Part shown: piece by piece, positions 47,515 to 57,172 of the stretch
How positions within the stretch are numbered: the first letter of the stretch is position 1
Layout of the letters: every line of letters begins with the position of its first letter
DNA from: Candidatus Zixiibacteriota bacterium
GTDB lineage: Bacteria; Zixibacteria; MSB-5A5; SM1-73
Direction: 5' to 3'
Assembly (NCBI GenBank): GCA_049694315.1
Contig: JBAVQU010000015.1
Span: 53,712 to 117,711 of the forward strand
Length of the DNA: 64,000 nt
The notes under the pieces: model-generated
What the model was told of the DNA's origin: nothing
Seen by the model: the letters and a program-made list of their open reading frames with translations, nothing else
The model's database searches: none
Position numbers and translations under genes: made by a program

Positions 47515-48426
47515 TCACTCTATGTAGAACCAGCTTACAAAATGAGTTATTCCTGCTGTCTCTAGAATCGCTCCCAATGCTAAGATTATCATGATGACCG
47601 CCTTGGCTAAGTCGGAGCCTTTCAGGCTGCCCAGAAGCTTAGGCTCTTTGGAAAGATAGGCACTGGTGGCAAAAAGCTCCTCGCCGATGATGGTATAATC
47701 ACAGGCTACCACAAAGAAGGGCAGTTGGTGTATGTTGGCCGTGCCGGCCACCTGTATGGCGCCGGTGGAAAGCCCGGTCTCCGCCATCAACAGCGACTCG
47801 GCGTAAAATGAGCCGAACATCAGATTGGCAGCGGGCTGCTCTCTGAGCATTATTCCGTTCACTCCGGCGGCATAGGCAAACTGTTCGGAAGAGATAAAAC
47901 GGATGTTGTCCCGGTTATATGCATCCGGTTTGCCGGCTGCGGCATATCCTTCTTTTACTCTCTCCTCCGCTATGGGAACCACAAATGGCATGCATATGGG
48001 AACGTACAATGGTGTTTCGTAGATCGCCACCATCTTGGCCACGTTCCCCAAGATGATCATGGAAGCCACCGTCTGGATGTTGTCCACGTCCTCAATTCCG
48101 GAGATATAGAGCACCGGCTTGCCCATCTCCGTCGCTCTCCCTACCGCCTCCTCGATGGCGTCCAACCCGGCGATTCTTCGGATGAACAGGCTTTTGCCTA
48201 CCTTGGCCCGCTCGATGAAGACGACTATCGCGATGAAGAAGAGAATCAGAAACACCAGCATGTTCGCCCGGTGAGGATTAAACCAGGTGTGGGATAAGTC
48301 CTCCTGGGCATAGGAGAGGGAGGTGAAAAAAAGAAGGAATGAAACAGAAAAAAGCAGCCGCTTCGCGAGAGTGGAGGATTTCATCTGCCAACCAGTGATA
48401 AGAACCCTTATTATGTTCAGCGTCAC
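47515..48426 (-). CDS. Cassette A, gene 1: membrane protein (paralogue family 1, short form without the N-terminal beta-sandwich domain)
   Basis: Signal/TM, then RIAGLDAIEEAVGRATEMGKPVLYI...PDAYNRDNI...FAYAAGVNGIMLR...YAESLLMAETG...LPFFVVACDYTIIGEELFATSAYL, conserved in 50641..51888 and 54271..55521. Confidence 0.55.
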   Translation of the reverse strand: MTLNIIRVLITGWQMKSSTLAKRLLFSVSFLLFFTSLSYAQEDLSHTWFNPHRANMLVFLILFFIAIVVFIERAKVGKSLFIRRIAGLDAIEEAVGRATEMGKPVLYISGIEDVDNIQTVASMIILGNVAKMVAIYETPLYVPICMPFVVPIAEERVKEGYAAAGKPDAYNRDNIRFISSEQFAYAAGVNGIMLREQPAANLMFGSFYAESLLMAETGLSTGAIQVAGTANIHQLPFFVVACDYTIIGEELFATSAYLSKEPKLLGSLKGSDLAKAVIMIILALGAILETAGITHFVSWFYIE

Positions 48427-48445
48427 GGCGCCCTAAGTACGACGT

Positions 48446-49072
48446 TTAAAAGCCAAACAAGTGCTGAAAATAATCCTTGAGGAACGTGAGCCTTTCTATC
48501 AGAAGAGAAACCCGGCCCATCACCGTCATGCCGAAACCCGCGCCAAAGCCTATCATTATAGTCCAAATCCCGATTCTGGCCGCTCCCCCGAAAACGCCGA
48601 TATGCTCCTTGGAGAAGAAGAAATAGATCAAGGCGCACAGGACTCCGAGAGCCACCAAAAGACTGTTAAAAAGCGCGAAACTGGCGAAACCCGCTGGCTG
48701 CATGGTGGCGTACAGAGGCACCAAAATCATAGCCTGCATGGTCACAGGAATCGCCACCCCCATCCCGATTCCCATGTAAGCCGCAATGGGATAACGCGAA
48801 ACCCAGGACCATTTTCTGGAAAATCTGGTCCACATCATGAACCCCAGAATCGTGGGCACCAGATAAGAGAACTGGTGTTCGTGAATCACCGGCTGCCAGA
48901 CTTTGGGTATGAATGATGTGTAATAGAGGAGGATTGCAAAATAGCCGGCCGAGACTCCGACCACCAGGTGTTCTGCGAATTTGTAAAAAGGGTTGTCTTT
49001 GTACAAGATGGAGAATATGCTTAATGTCAAAAACGCCGCCAGACCGTTCCAGAGTATCGAACCCAAATCCAT
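48446..49072 (-). CDS. Cassette B, gene 4 (family 4 paralogue)
   Basis: See 45112..45732. Has SIFSILYKDNPFYKFAEHLVVGVSAGY...LIYFFFSKEHIGVFGGAARIGIW. Confidence 0.55.
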   Translation of the reverse strand: MDLGSILWNGLAAFLTLSIFSILYKDNPFYKFAEHLVVGVSAGYFAILLYYTSFIPKVWQPVIHEHQFSYLVPTILGFMMWTRFSRKWSWVSRYPIAAYMGIGMGVAIPVTMQAMILVPLYATMQPAGFASFALFNSLLVALGVLCALIYFFFSKEHIGVFGGAARIGIWTIMIGFGAGFGMTVMGRVSLLIERLTFLKDYFQHLFGF

Positions 49073-49098
49073 TTCACTTCCTCCGTTTCTGCGTTCCT

Positions 49099-49926
49099 TT
49101 ATATCTTCTGTTTCTTCTTTGACATGAAGAATCCCACATTCCCCACTATGATAAACAGAATCACCACCGCGTGGGTGATGGTCTGCACTTTCATCCCCTG
49201 GCTGGCGGTCCTCTCTTTGGCGTTGGCTAAAGTCTCATACTTGGCTGCCCCTTCCAGCCCTCCCATCAGGCCGAAGATCTGCTTGGATTGAACGTATGGG
49301 AAATAGTCCGCCGCCATCACTCCGGTTACTCCCAGAGCCACGGGGAGTTTATAACGACCGTTGCCGTCGGCTATCCAGGCGTCTGCCACCCACCCGGCCT
49401 CAAAGGCAATCACCGCCTTCATGTCATCGTAGTTGCGCACCCCTTGCATTATGGGCATGGAATCTACGGGGGTTCCGTAATAATCCATGGGAAAGGATAT
49501 CCGGAAATTCTGCCCCATGGACAAAATCACCAGACCAGGATAAGGCTTAAATCCCAAATAAACGTAGTCCACTCCGTTCTTCTTGTTAAACTCCTTGGAT
49601 ATTTTGGCTACTAATTGCTCCGCCATGCCCGGCGCGTTCTGAGACAGAGTAACAAAAAACAGCCTTATTCCTCTGGCGAAACACTGTCGGCTGATGGTCA
49701 ACGCCATGGGGTGAAGCTCAGCCATGGCTTGAGGATCATAATCTATGGCCAAGAGAAGTCGATCCCCCGGTTTCAGACTCTCTATGAAATCGTAGACGCT
49801 CTTCACCTCCGGAGTCACGTATACCGGAACCTGAAAAGGGATGAAAAGAGGAATGGCCACTGCCAGAGCCATGGTCAGATAGACTACCCTGCGGTCTATG
49901 GTCATCAGTTTTTCATAGAAACCCAT
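49099..49926 (-). CDS. Cassette B, gene 3 (family 3 paralogue)
   Basis: Paralogue of 45822..46694. Confidence 0.55.
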   Translation of the reverse strand: MGFYEKLMTIDRRVVYLTMALAVAIPLFIPFQVPVYVTPEVKSVYDFIESLKPGDRLLLAIDYDPQAMAELHPMALTISRQCFARGIRLFFVTLSQNAPGMAEQLVAKISKEFNKKNGVDYVYLGFKPYPGLVILSMGQNFRISFPMDYYGTPVDSMPIMQGVRNYDDMKAVIAFEAGWVADAWIADGNGRYKLPVALGVTGVMAADYFPYVQSKQIFGLMGGLEGAAKYETLANAKERTASQGMKVQTITHAVVILFIIVGNVGFFMSKKKQKI

Positions 49927-50007
49927 CTTCTTCTCCTCACTTTCGGCATGCTGAATCCGTTAAGTCAGCGAAAACACACATCATCACCATGCGCGGCTTG
50001 ACCGGAT

Positions 50008-50625
50008 TTAATCCTTGCCCATATATGATCTTTCTATTCCTAACACCACCTTCAAGGCTGTGGCTATTCCGCCCAACCCCACTCCCATAGCGATGGCTCT
50101 TTTTGCCGCCATGTTGGGGACGGTCAAAATCCACCGGGAAGCAGCCTGCATCGGGAGCGAGAGGAAACCCAAAGGAATCAACCTAAGCATGATGATCACA
50201 GCGGTAAGCAGAAGGATCGTCGCTATCAGCGTTCGCGCCCTAAAAGCCCGGTAGGCGGCAGAGGCAATGTAGAATGCTAAGAGGGCAAACATGGAAGCCT
50301 GAATCGGAGTGTAGATATACCAGAACAGCTTCATGAAGGGCTTCCCTTCCTCTATTCCCCAGATCAGCCCCAGAATGATCATGGCGAAAAGCCCGGCCAA
50401 AAGAATGAGATTATATCCCCAACTGGGGGCTTTAGTCTGGATTTTCGACACGCTGACTCTGAAGAGACTCCACAGTGCTAAACCCATGGCGAAAACGCCG
50501 ACGATTATGATCCAATCCAAAGCATACTCATAAATCCGCTCCGAAATCTCCAGCGGAACAAAATACTGAACTGCCATGAACACTCCACCCAAGAGAACGA
50601 TAAGCAAAGGAATCTGCCAGCGCAT
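50008..50625 (-). CDS. Cassette B, gene 2 (family 2 paralogue)
   Basis: Paralogue of 46866..47489. Confidence 0.55.
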   Translation of the reverse strand: MRWQIPLLIVLLGGVFMAVQYFVPLEISERIYEYALDWIIIVGVFAMGLALWSLFRVSVSKIQTKAPSWGYNLILLAGLFAMIILGLIWGIEEGKPFMKLFWYIYTPIQASMFALLAFYIASAAYRAFRARTLIATILLLTAVIIMLRLIPLGFLSLPMQAASRWILTVPNMAAKRAIAMGVGLGGIATALKVVLGIERSYMGKD

Positions 50626-50640
50626 GTATTTGCTCCTGAT

Positions 50641-51888
50641 CTATAGTTTGATGCGGAAAAGATTCACAATGAAGTCCAGATGGAAACTCGCGGCCAATGT
50701 CCCTAGAATCAAGGAGATCATGATCAAAATCTTCCCCCAATCCTGGGCTTTGATGGCGCCCAAAAGCAGAGGTTCTTTCCCCAAATATGCGGACGCGGCG
50801 TAAAGCTCCTCACCTATCAAGGTGTAATCCGTAGCCGCCACGAAGAAGGGAATTTGAGCTACTTGATCGGTTCCCGAAATCTGAATGGATCCGGCGACGT
50901 TTCCGGTCTCGGCCAAAAGCAGGGATTCGGCATAGAAGACCCCCATATAGATATTGGTGGCCGTTTTTTGTCGGAGCATCAACCCATTGACCGCAGAGAC
51001 GTAGGCAAATTGCATGGAGGTTAGATAAAAGACCGAATCCTCCTTGTAGGCATCGGGTCGGCCAGCCTCGAAATATCCCGTTCTGACCGCTTCCTGTGCC
51101 ACGGTCAACACCACTGGGTCCGACACCGGAACCAAAAGAGGAGTCTGATATTCCGCGGTTTTCTTGGCCACCCGACTTAAGATGGTCAGCGAGGCGATAG
51201 TCCCCAGATCTCCAGCGCTCCCCATACCCAGGATGTAGAGGATGGGTCTTCCCATCTCAGTCGCCCGGCCGATGGCATCGTCTATCGCATCTATTCCGGC
51301 GATGGGTCGAACATAGAGTTCTTTCCCCTTTTTGGCGTGCCGGATGAAGACCAGCACAAAGAGGGTGAATAAGAAGGTGGATATGAAAATAGAGGTCTTG
51401 CCGGTATGAAACCACTGGCCAAATGCATAAGCTGGGGCGGAGACATTCGATTCGGATAAAGAGATTGCACTTTTTGCTTTGATCTTGTAATAGAAGTTTT
51501 TGTGGCTGGGGAAATAGTTTTTGTCCTCCTTTTCCCTTGCACCTCGATCTAAGTACTGGTTGGTTCCCGCCGCTACCACCCCGCGAGATACAAAACCGGT
51601 ATCGGGATTGTCTGACCTCAGTATTTCATAAGAGAGTACATTATTCTTTCCTGCTCCATCATCCGCCGACAGTTTCCACCTGACCATGATAGCATGCCCA
51701 TTATCATTGGGAGCATCTTTTGCCACCACATCCATGGCAGGAGCAGGAGCTTGAGCAAAAGAATCGGGTATAGCTATAGCGTGTCCTAGTTCTTGAGCCG
51801 ATGAGATTTGCAACCCAATAAGGAAAAAGGAAAACAAAAGAAGGAAAATCAGAGAGATCTTGTTTCGAAAAACAAATCTGTCTTTCAT
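50641..51888 (-). CDS. Cassette B, gene 1 (family 1 paralogue, long form with an N-terminal FN3/Ig-like domain)
   Basis: Signal peptide, then a beta-sandwich-like segment (IMVRWKLSADDGAGKNNVLSYEILRSDNPDTGF...YYKIKAKS), then the conserved family-1 core. Confidence 0.55.
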   Translation of the reverse strand: MKDRFVFRNKISLIFLLLFSFFLIGLQISSAQELGHAIAIPDSFAQAPAPAMDVVAKDAPNDNGHAIMVRWKLSADDGAGKNNVLSYEILRSDNPDTGFVSRGVVAAGTNQYLDRGAREKEDKNYFPSHKNFYYKIKAKSAISLSESNVSAPAYAFGQWFHTGKTSIFISTFLFTLFVLVFIRHAKKGKELYVRPIAGIDAIDDAIGRATEMGRPILYILGMGSAGDLGTIASLTILSRVAKKTAEYQTPLLVPVSDPVVLTVAQEAVRTGYFEAGRPDAYKEDSVFYLTSMQFAYVSAVNGLMLRQKTATNIYMGVFYAESLLLAETGNVAGSIQISGTDQVAQIPFFVAATDYTLIGEELYAASAYLGKEPLLLGAIKAQDWGKILIMISLILGTLAASFHLDFIVNLFRIKL

Positions 51889-52015
51889 CGTGACTCCTCG
51901 AAAAAGCTGTCCAAGTATCTGTCAACGGATTAAGCGCCCAGACGGGCTCGGAAGAGTTCCCGGACGGACGGATGGAACGGATGTTATTCGCTTGATCCGT
52001 CACATCCGTTGACCG

Positions 52016-52675
52016 CTATCTTATCAACCTTAGCCATTCCCTGAAAAGATAGTCCATCCTCCCGATCAAAAGGGACATACGGCTCATCACCGTGTAGCCG
52101 AACATCGCTCCGAAGTTGATCATCAAAAACCAGATTCCCACTCGAGCTGCACCTCCAAAAGCGCCTTTGTGCTCTTTGGAGAAGAAAAAGTAAATCAAGC
52201 CGCAGAACGTCCCCACCACGATTATTATGTTGCCGACAGAAGCATGCACGTTCCCGCCTACTATCAAAGGCTTGATGGCTCCCACCACCTGTTTGATTCC
52301 GTTGCTTTCCAGATAGCGAGTAAACTGCAGGCCGGCGGTGGTTCCCACTATGAAAGCCAATGACCATCGAGACAACCACCCTATTTTGGGCACAAGCCTT
52401 AACAACATTAAAACTCCGAATAGGCCCCCCAAGAGGTATATCCAGTGATAGTCTATTCTTCCTTTGGTCGAAAGCTCGCTGTAAGCCAAAGCTAAGTTGT
52501 CCCAAAACTTTGGCAAAAAATACTGCCAGAAAGTGACCACAAACCAATAGCCGGCGGAAATTCCCACAAACAGAGCCTCGGAGAATTTGTAAAAGGGATT
52601 GTCTTTATACAGAAAGCTGAAGATGCCCAAAGTCAGTAGAGCACCAATCCACACTCCGATAACTTCACCACTCAT
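52016..52675 (-). CDS. Cassette C, gene 4 (family 4 paralogue)
   Basis: Paralogue of 45112..45732. Confidence 0.55.
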   Translation of the reverse strand: MSGEVIGVWIGALLTLGIFSFLYKDNPFYKFSEALFVGISAGYWFVVTFWQYFLPKFWDNLALAYSELSTKGRIDYHWIYLLGGLFGVLMLLRLVPKIGWLSRWSLAFIVGTTAGLQFTRYLESNGIKQVVGAIKPLIVGGNVHASVGNIIIVVGTFCGLIYFFFSKEHKGAFGGAARVGIWFLMINFGAMFGYTVMSRMSLLIGRMDYLFREWLRLIR

Positions 52676-52690
52676 TTTTCCTGTCTCCAG

Positions 52691-53587
52691 CTAGGCAGTC
52701 TTCTTTTTTCTCAGTGAGAAGAAAGCTACATTGCCTATGATGATGAAAACGCAGATCACCGCGTGCGATACGGCTTGGGAGAACATGTATCCCACGGCTT
52801 TATCCGGTTTACCAATAGCCATCTCATATTCGGCTCCACCCTTCATTCCCCCCAAAACCCCAACCAGTTGTTTGGACTGAATGTAGGGATACATAGAGGG
52901 GGCTTGAACCGCCGTGTTGCCCGCGGCTAATTTGACATGAAACACGTCCACCGCATACTGCACCCATTCCATGGTTCCGGGATAGCCGGCTGATAGATTG
53001 AATATCAAATCAATGTTGTCGTAGTTTTTGACCCCCTGCATCAGAGGAAGCTCAGCCAGTGGTGTGCCGTGGCTATCTTTGGGATAGGACTCCTCAAAAC
53101 TGTGTCCCATACGATCGATCACCACCTCGTTTCCGGCGGTGTATCCCAAATTGACGTAATCTATGCCATATTGCAAGTTTTTTGCCTTTATCTCCGGATC
53201 TCTAAGGACTTTCTCCAAAGATATGTTTGCCTGGAGCGGACCCTGTGGCCATAAGCCCATGATGATTACCTTCAGACCCTTCCGGAAACATTGCCTGAGG
53301 AACGCATCCGCCATGGGCTGGAGTTCGGGCATTGAGGCGGGATCAAAATCAAGGGAGACCAGCACCTTGGACCCGGCCGGAAGGTTGTCGATAGAGTCGT
53401 ATACCGCCTGGACCACCGGGGTGACCGGTATAGGCATGGATACGGTGAAAAACAAAGGGACGACGATAGCCGCGGTGACGAAAAGGAATATTATCCTTCG
53501 ATCAATGCTTAACAGCTTTTCCCAGAAGGACTTTCTTACTTGGTTTGACGTTTCATTCATCTTTAGATGATTCCCAATATGTGCCAA
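52691..53587 (-). CDS. Cassette C, gene 3 (family 3 paralogue)
   Basis: Paralogue of 45822..46694. Confidence 0.55.
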   Translation of the reverse strand: MAHIGNHLKMNETSNQVRKSFWEKLLSIDRRIIFLFVTAAIVVPLFFTVSMPIPVTPVVQAVYDSIDNLPAGSKVLVSLDFDPASMPELQPMADAFLRQCFRKGLKVIIMGLWPQGPLQANISLEKVLRDPEIKAKNLQYGIDYVNLGYTAGNEVVIDRMGHSFEESYPKDSHGTPLAELPLMQGVKNYDNIDLIFNLSAGYPGTMEWVQYAVDVFHVKLAAGNTAVQAPSMYPYIQSKQLVGVLGGMKGGAEYEMAIGKPDKAVGYMFSQAVSHAVICVFIIIGNVAFFSLRKKKTA

Positions 53588-53615
53588 GATTAGCTTTTGT
53601 CTGCCTACTGTCTAC

Positions 53616-54257
53616 TTACTCTCCTCCGGTATAAGTTCTCTCCAGACCGAGAATCACTCTTAATGCCGAAGAGACGACCCCCAAAGCGATACCTATCATA
53701 ATGGCCTTTTGTCCGGCGGTTTGAGGATAGTCCATGATCCAGTCTGCGGCATTTCCCAATCCATTTCCCAGCCAGGAGGAAATCCAGTATCCGATGGGAA
53801 CCCGGCCCAACATCAATATAAAAGCGGCACTCAAAAGCATGGTGGCTTCCACATTCCTTGCCCGGAAAGCCCGATATGATGCCGAAGCCACAAAGAAAGC
53901 CAAAAGAGCAAACATAGTGGCAGAAAGAGGATAATATATATGCGTGTAAAGATAATAGAAAGCCGTCCCCGGATCTTGAAAAGACCTCCCCTTAGAGAAA
54001 AACATCCCGATTATGGTCATCACCAGAAATCCAATAATCACCACCACGCCGAAGGGCCAACCCTTCTGCTTTTTATAGACCTTGTCTCCGTTAACCACAA
54101 TCAGGTTCAAAATCCCGAGATAGATGGCAAATGCAGCTATGATGAAAAACCAGTCTTCAAACAGATCCTTTAGAGCGTTGAGAGGGGGGATAAAGTGGGT
54201 AATTATCATGGTAAGCCCCACCAGGGCGGTCAAAATCAAAGGGACTTCTCTTCGCAT
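53616..54257 (-). CDS. Cassette C, gene 2 (family 2 paralogue)
   Basis: Paralogue of 46866..47489. Confidence 0.55.
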   Translation of the reverse strand: MRREVPLILTALVGLTMIITHFIPPLNALKDLFEDWFFIIAAFAIYLGILNLIVVNGDKVYKKQKGWPFGVVVIIGFLVMTIIGMFFSKGRSFQDPGTAFYYLYTHIYYPLSATMFALLAFFVASASYRAFRARNVEATMLLSAAFILMLGRVPIGYWISSWLGNGLGNAADWIMDYPQTAGQKAIMIGIALGVVSSALRVILGLERTYTGGE

Positions 54258-54270
54258 ATTCTGTCTCCGG

Positions 54271-55521
54271 TCATATTCCTTTGAAAAGCTCCCTTACGTC
54301 GGGAAGGTTCAATCCCAAAACCGAATTGAGCGTAAGCAAGATTGCGCCAACCAAGATCGCCAAAAGAAAGATAAACTTCCCTACGTCTTGTCCTTTTAGG
54401 CTTCCCAAAAGCTTAGGATCCTTGGAAAGATAGGCGGAAGCAGCAAAAAGCTCCTCTCCGATCAATGTATAATCGCAGGCGGCAACGAAAAAGGGAAGCT
54501 GGGTGACCATGGCAGTCCCGGCGATTTGGATGGCTCCTACGGAGTTGGCGGTTTCAGCCAAGATTAGGGACTCGGCGTAAAACTGTCCTTGTAGAAATAC
54601 CGCCGCCGGTCTTTCTCTTAAGAAAAGCCCATCTAAAGCCGCAGCGTAAGCAAACTGATCATTGGTGACGTAATAAACCATGTTATCATTGTAAGCATCC
54701 GGTCTTCCGGCGTTAAGGTATGCTTCTTTCACTACTTCTCTACAGGTGACCATCACCAATGACGTACAGACCGGAACTTCCAGCTTCGCCTCATACTCCG
54801 CCGCCAGCTTCGCCACCCTTCCTAAGATGGTAACACCAGCGATGGTCTGTATGCTGTCCATATCCATGATGCCAGGCACGAAGATTATTTTTCTGCCCAT
54901 CTCGGTCGCCCGTCCCACCGCATCATCCACTGCCTCCAGACCAGCGATCTTGCGGATAAAAACTCCCTTGCCCGATTTGGCTTTCTCTATGAAGTAAAAA
55001 ATGGCAAGCCCGATCACCAAGGAGAGGATAAAAAGGCTTAATCGGCTGAAATCGAACCACTGTCTCTTGGCAAAGGCGGGAGCGCTGGAGAGTGACTCGG
55101 ATGCGCCAGTTGGGGAAATCGCTCTGATCTTGTAAAAATATAGCACCTTGTTCTTAGCCGCGTTATCCGAGAAGGAAGTGGCGCCTGGTGCCGCGTTTCC
55201 TATGACTTCGTAGCCCTCATCTTTTCTGGTGGATCGGAGGATTTCGTACTTGGTAACGTTCTTCGTCCCCCCTCCGTCGTCGGCTGATTTTCCCCAACTC
55301 ACGGAGATCGCTCCGCCCTTGTCGTTGGGAATGTCCTTGGCCACCACATTGGTGGCCGGAGCAGGCGGAGCCTGAATCACCGCCGGGCTTTCAGCTTGAG
55401 CCACAGGATTTTGTTCTGCCCCTGAGGCAAGGGGGACAAAGAGAAAGAGGATGCTGGGGAAAAGGACCCACAGGAGCAATCTGGCTTTTAATCGAGCTGA
55501 ACAGCGATGCGTTCTGATCAC
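54271..55521 (-). CDS. Cassette C, gene 1 (family 1 paralogue, long form with an FN3/Ig-like domain)
   Basis: ISVSWGKSADDGGGTKNVTKYEILRSTRKDEGYEV...FYKIRAIS, then the family-1 core (FIRKIAGLEAVDDAVGRATEMGRKIIFV...). Confidence 0.55.
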   Translation of the reverse strand: MIRTHRCSARLKARLLLWVLFPSILFLFVPLASGAEQNPVAQAESPAVIQAPPAPATNVVAKDIPNDKGGAISVSWGKSADDGGGTKNVTKYEILRSTRKDEGYEVIGNAAPGATSFSDNAAKNKVLYFYKIRAISPTGASESLSSAPAFAKRQWFDFSRLSLFILSLVIGLAIFYFIEKAKSGKGVFIRKIAGLEAVDDAVGRATEMGRKIIFVPGIMDMDSIQTIAGVTILGRVAKLAAEYEAKLEVPVCTSLVMVTCREVVKEAYLNAGRPDAYNDNMVYYVTNDQFAYAAALDGLFLRERPAAVFLQGQFYAESLILAETANSVGAIQIAGTAMVTQLPFFVAACDYTLIGEELFAASAYLSKDPKLLGSLKGQDVGKFIFLLAILVGAILLTLNSVLGLNLPDVRELFKGI

Positions 55522-55925
55522 ACTTTTTCCCAGAAAAGAAAAACCTTCTTAAGGACTCTTCGTCCCAGAAGGTCTTGTTACGGCAGATCCTGTTCAGGTC
55601 TGGAGAGCAGACGGTTGATCAACGCCGATGCTTTCTTGATCCTCACTTGTTCCCACCGAAGGCAGGAGACGATCTCCAGGGTCATGTGGTTCCCAGAAAC
55701 AGATTCCAACCTCATACTTCGTTCATAACCACTCCTCAGCTTTTGTCAATTTACCAAACAGCCTCAGTTAAGTCAAGCGAAAACTATGTCGACCAGCCAT
55801 ATTCTTTGAAGAATTCTCGGGTCTGCGGGAGTTCGCATAAATCTGCGAACCTGCGGGTTAGGGATTCGCGCGGCGTGAGGGAATTTGGAGGAGTGAGGGC
55901 GATTCATGAATCGCCCCTACTTGAG

Positions 55926-57053
55926 CTATTCTTCCAGCATCTCCACGTTTGCTCGTGGAATCATGGCTCTGGTTCCGTCTTCGAATTCCACTTCCAGCAC
56001 TCGTGCGGATGACTCCGATTCGAGTTTTTGCAGGGCTGAAGGCAAGTCGCTCACCTTTCCCAGCCGCCCGAAATAAGGCTGGCGGATCACTCGCACCGGA
56101 TAACCGATAGTGATCCCGATGTTTTCCAATTCCTCTTTGTCTTCTCTCTTGTTCACGTCACCAGCGAACGGTATCACGACTTCCGGGCGAATCACTCCGG
56201 CACGAATCTGAGTGGCGCCGTTGAAGCAGGCCATCTCACCTTCTTTTGATTTCAAAAGCGCGAAGGTCTTCTCTGCCATGTTTATTTGTCCAAAGCCTTC
56301 GGTAACCACCAGGGTTATTCCCAACTCCTCCGATCCGGTGATCGCCACCCCCAGATCGTATCCCAAGAAATCTCTTAGGTCCTTGTCGCCGAATCCGCCC
56401 ACCACAATTCCTCTGGCTCCCAGGCTTATAGCTTTTTTCATCGCATCTGCGGTGACCAAGCTTCCCCCTACGATCACCTTGTCTCTGCAGTCCTTCTCGA
56501 TCAGACTGTCGGTCAAGACTTCGGCATTGTCCTTTACCACGACTTTGATCTCCCCGTGCGTCTCGCCACCGATGCCGAAGATCCCCTGAATAAAAGACCC
56601 CCAGGTGGAGACGGCTACTCCCTCTTTCTCGTATACCTCTACTACTTCGCCTTCGAGATATGCTTTGACCTCCACTGGGATCGGATTTCCTCTTATCAAC
56701 ACCTGCCCGGTGACCGAGGAGATGCTTTCCACCGTTCCCTCAGCCTTGGATTTGCACTCTGAGCTGAAGAGTCCAAAGAAGCTTTTGCTGCTGGCGACGA
56801 CTTCTCCTTCTTTGACCCTCTCTCCTTCCTTTCTAAGCATGTGGTGCATTATGTCTTCAGGTGGAATACCCAAGACGTTGGCCACGTTGAACGGCTCCAC
56901 GTTCCCCGGAAGCAAAGTTCGAGCCACCACCGTATCCGGCTTCACCTTGTCTCCCACCTTCACCAAAACCTCCCCTTTTAGCGGAAGTATCCTCTTTTTG
57001 GTCACCCGTATCTTTTCCGTTACCTTCAATCCGGGCGTATATGCATGACCCAT
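55926..57053 (-). CDS. Hypothetical protein (375 aa), co-directional with the GlmL/MutL-like gene and the cassettes
   Basis: ORF with good coding composition. No family recognised. Confidence 0.5.
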   Translation of the reverse strand: MGHAYTPGLKVTEKIRVTKKRILPLKGEVLVKVGDKVKPDTVVARTLLPGNVEPFNVANVLGIPPEDIMHHMLRKEGERVKEGEVVASSKSFFGLFSSECKSKAEGTVESISSVTGQVLIRGNPIPVEVKAYLEGEVVEVYEKEGVAVSTWGSFIQGIFGIGGETHGEIKVVVKDNAEVLTDSLIEKDCRDKVIVGGSLVTADAMKKAISLGARGIVVGGFGDKDLRDFLGYDLGVAITGSEELGITLVVTEGFGQINMAEKTFALLKSKEGEMACFNGATQIRAGVIRPEVVIPFAGDVNKREDKEELENIGITIGYPVRVIRQPYFGRLGKVSDLPSALQKLESESSARVLEVEFEDGTRAMIPRANVEMLEE

Positions 57054-57172
57054 AGTCCTACTCCTGTCATTTACAGATATTCACAATCCGCCGGCCTTAG
57101 CCTGCGCAATCATATTGGCCTAACCTGAAGGTCTCGGCTACGAATGAACACATCAGGCTCCACGAAAATGCA

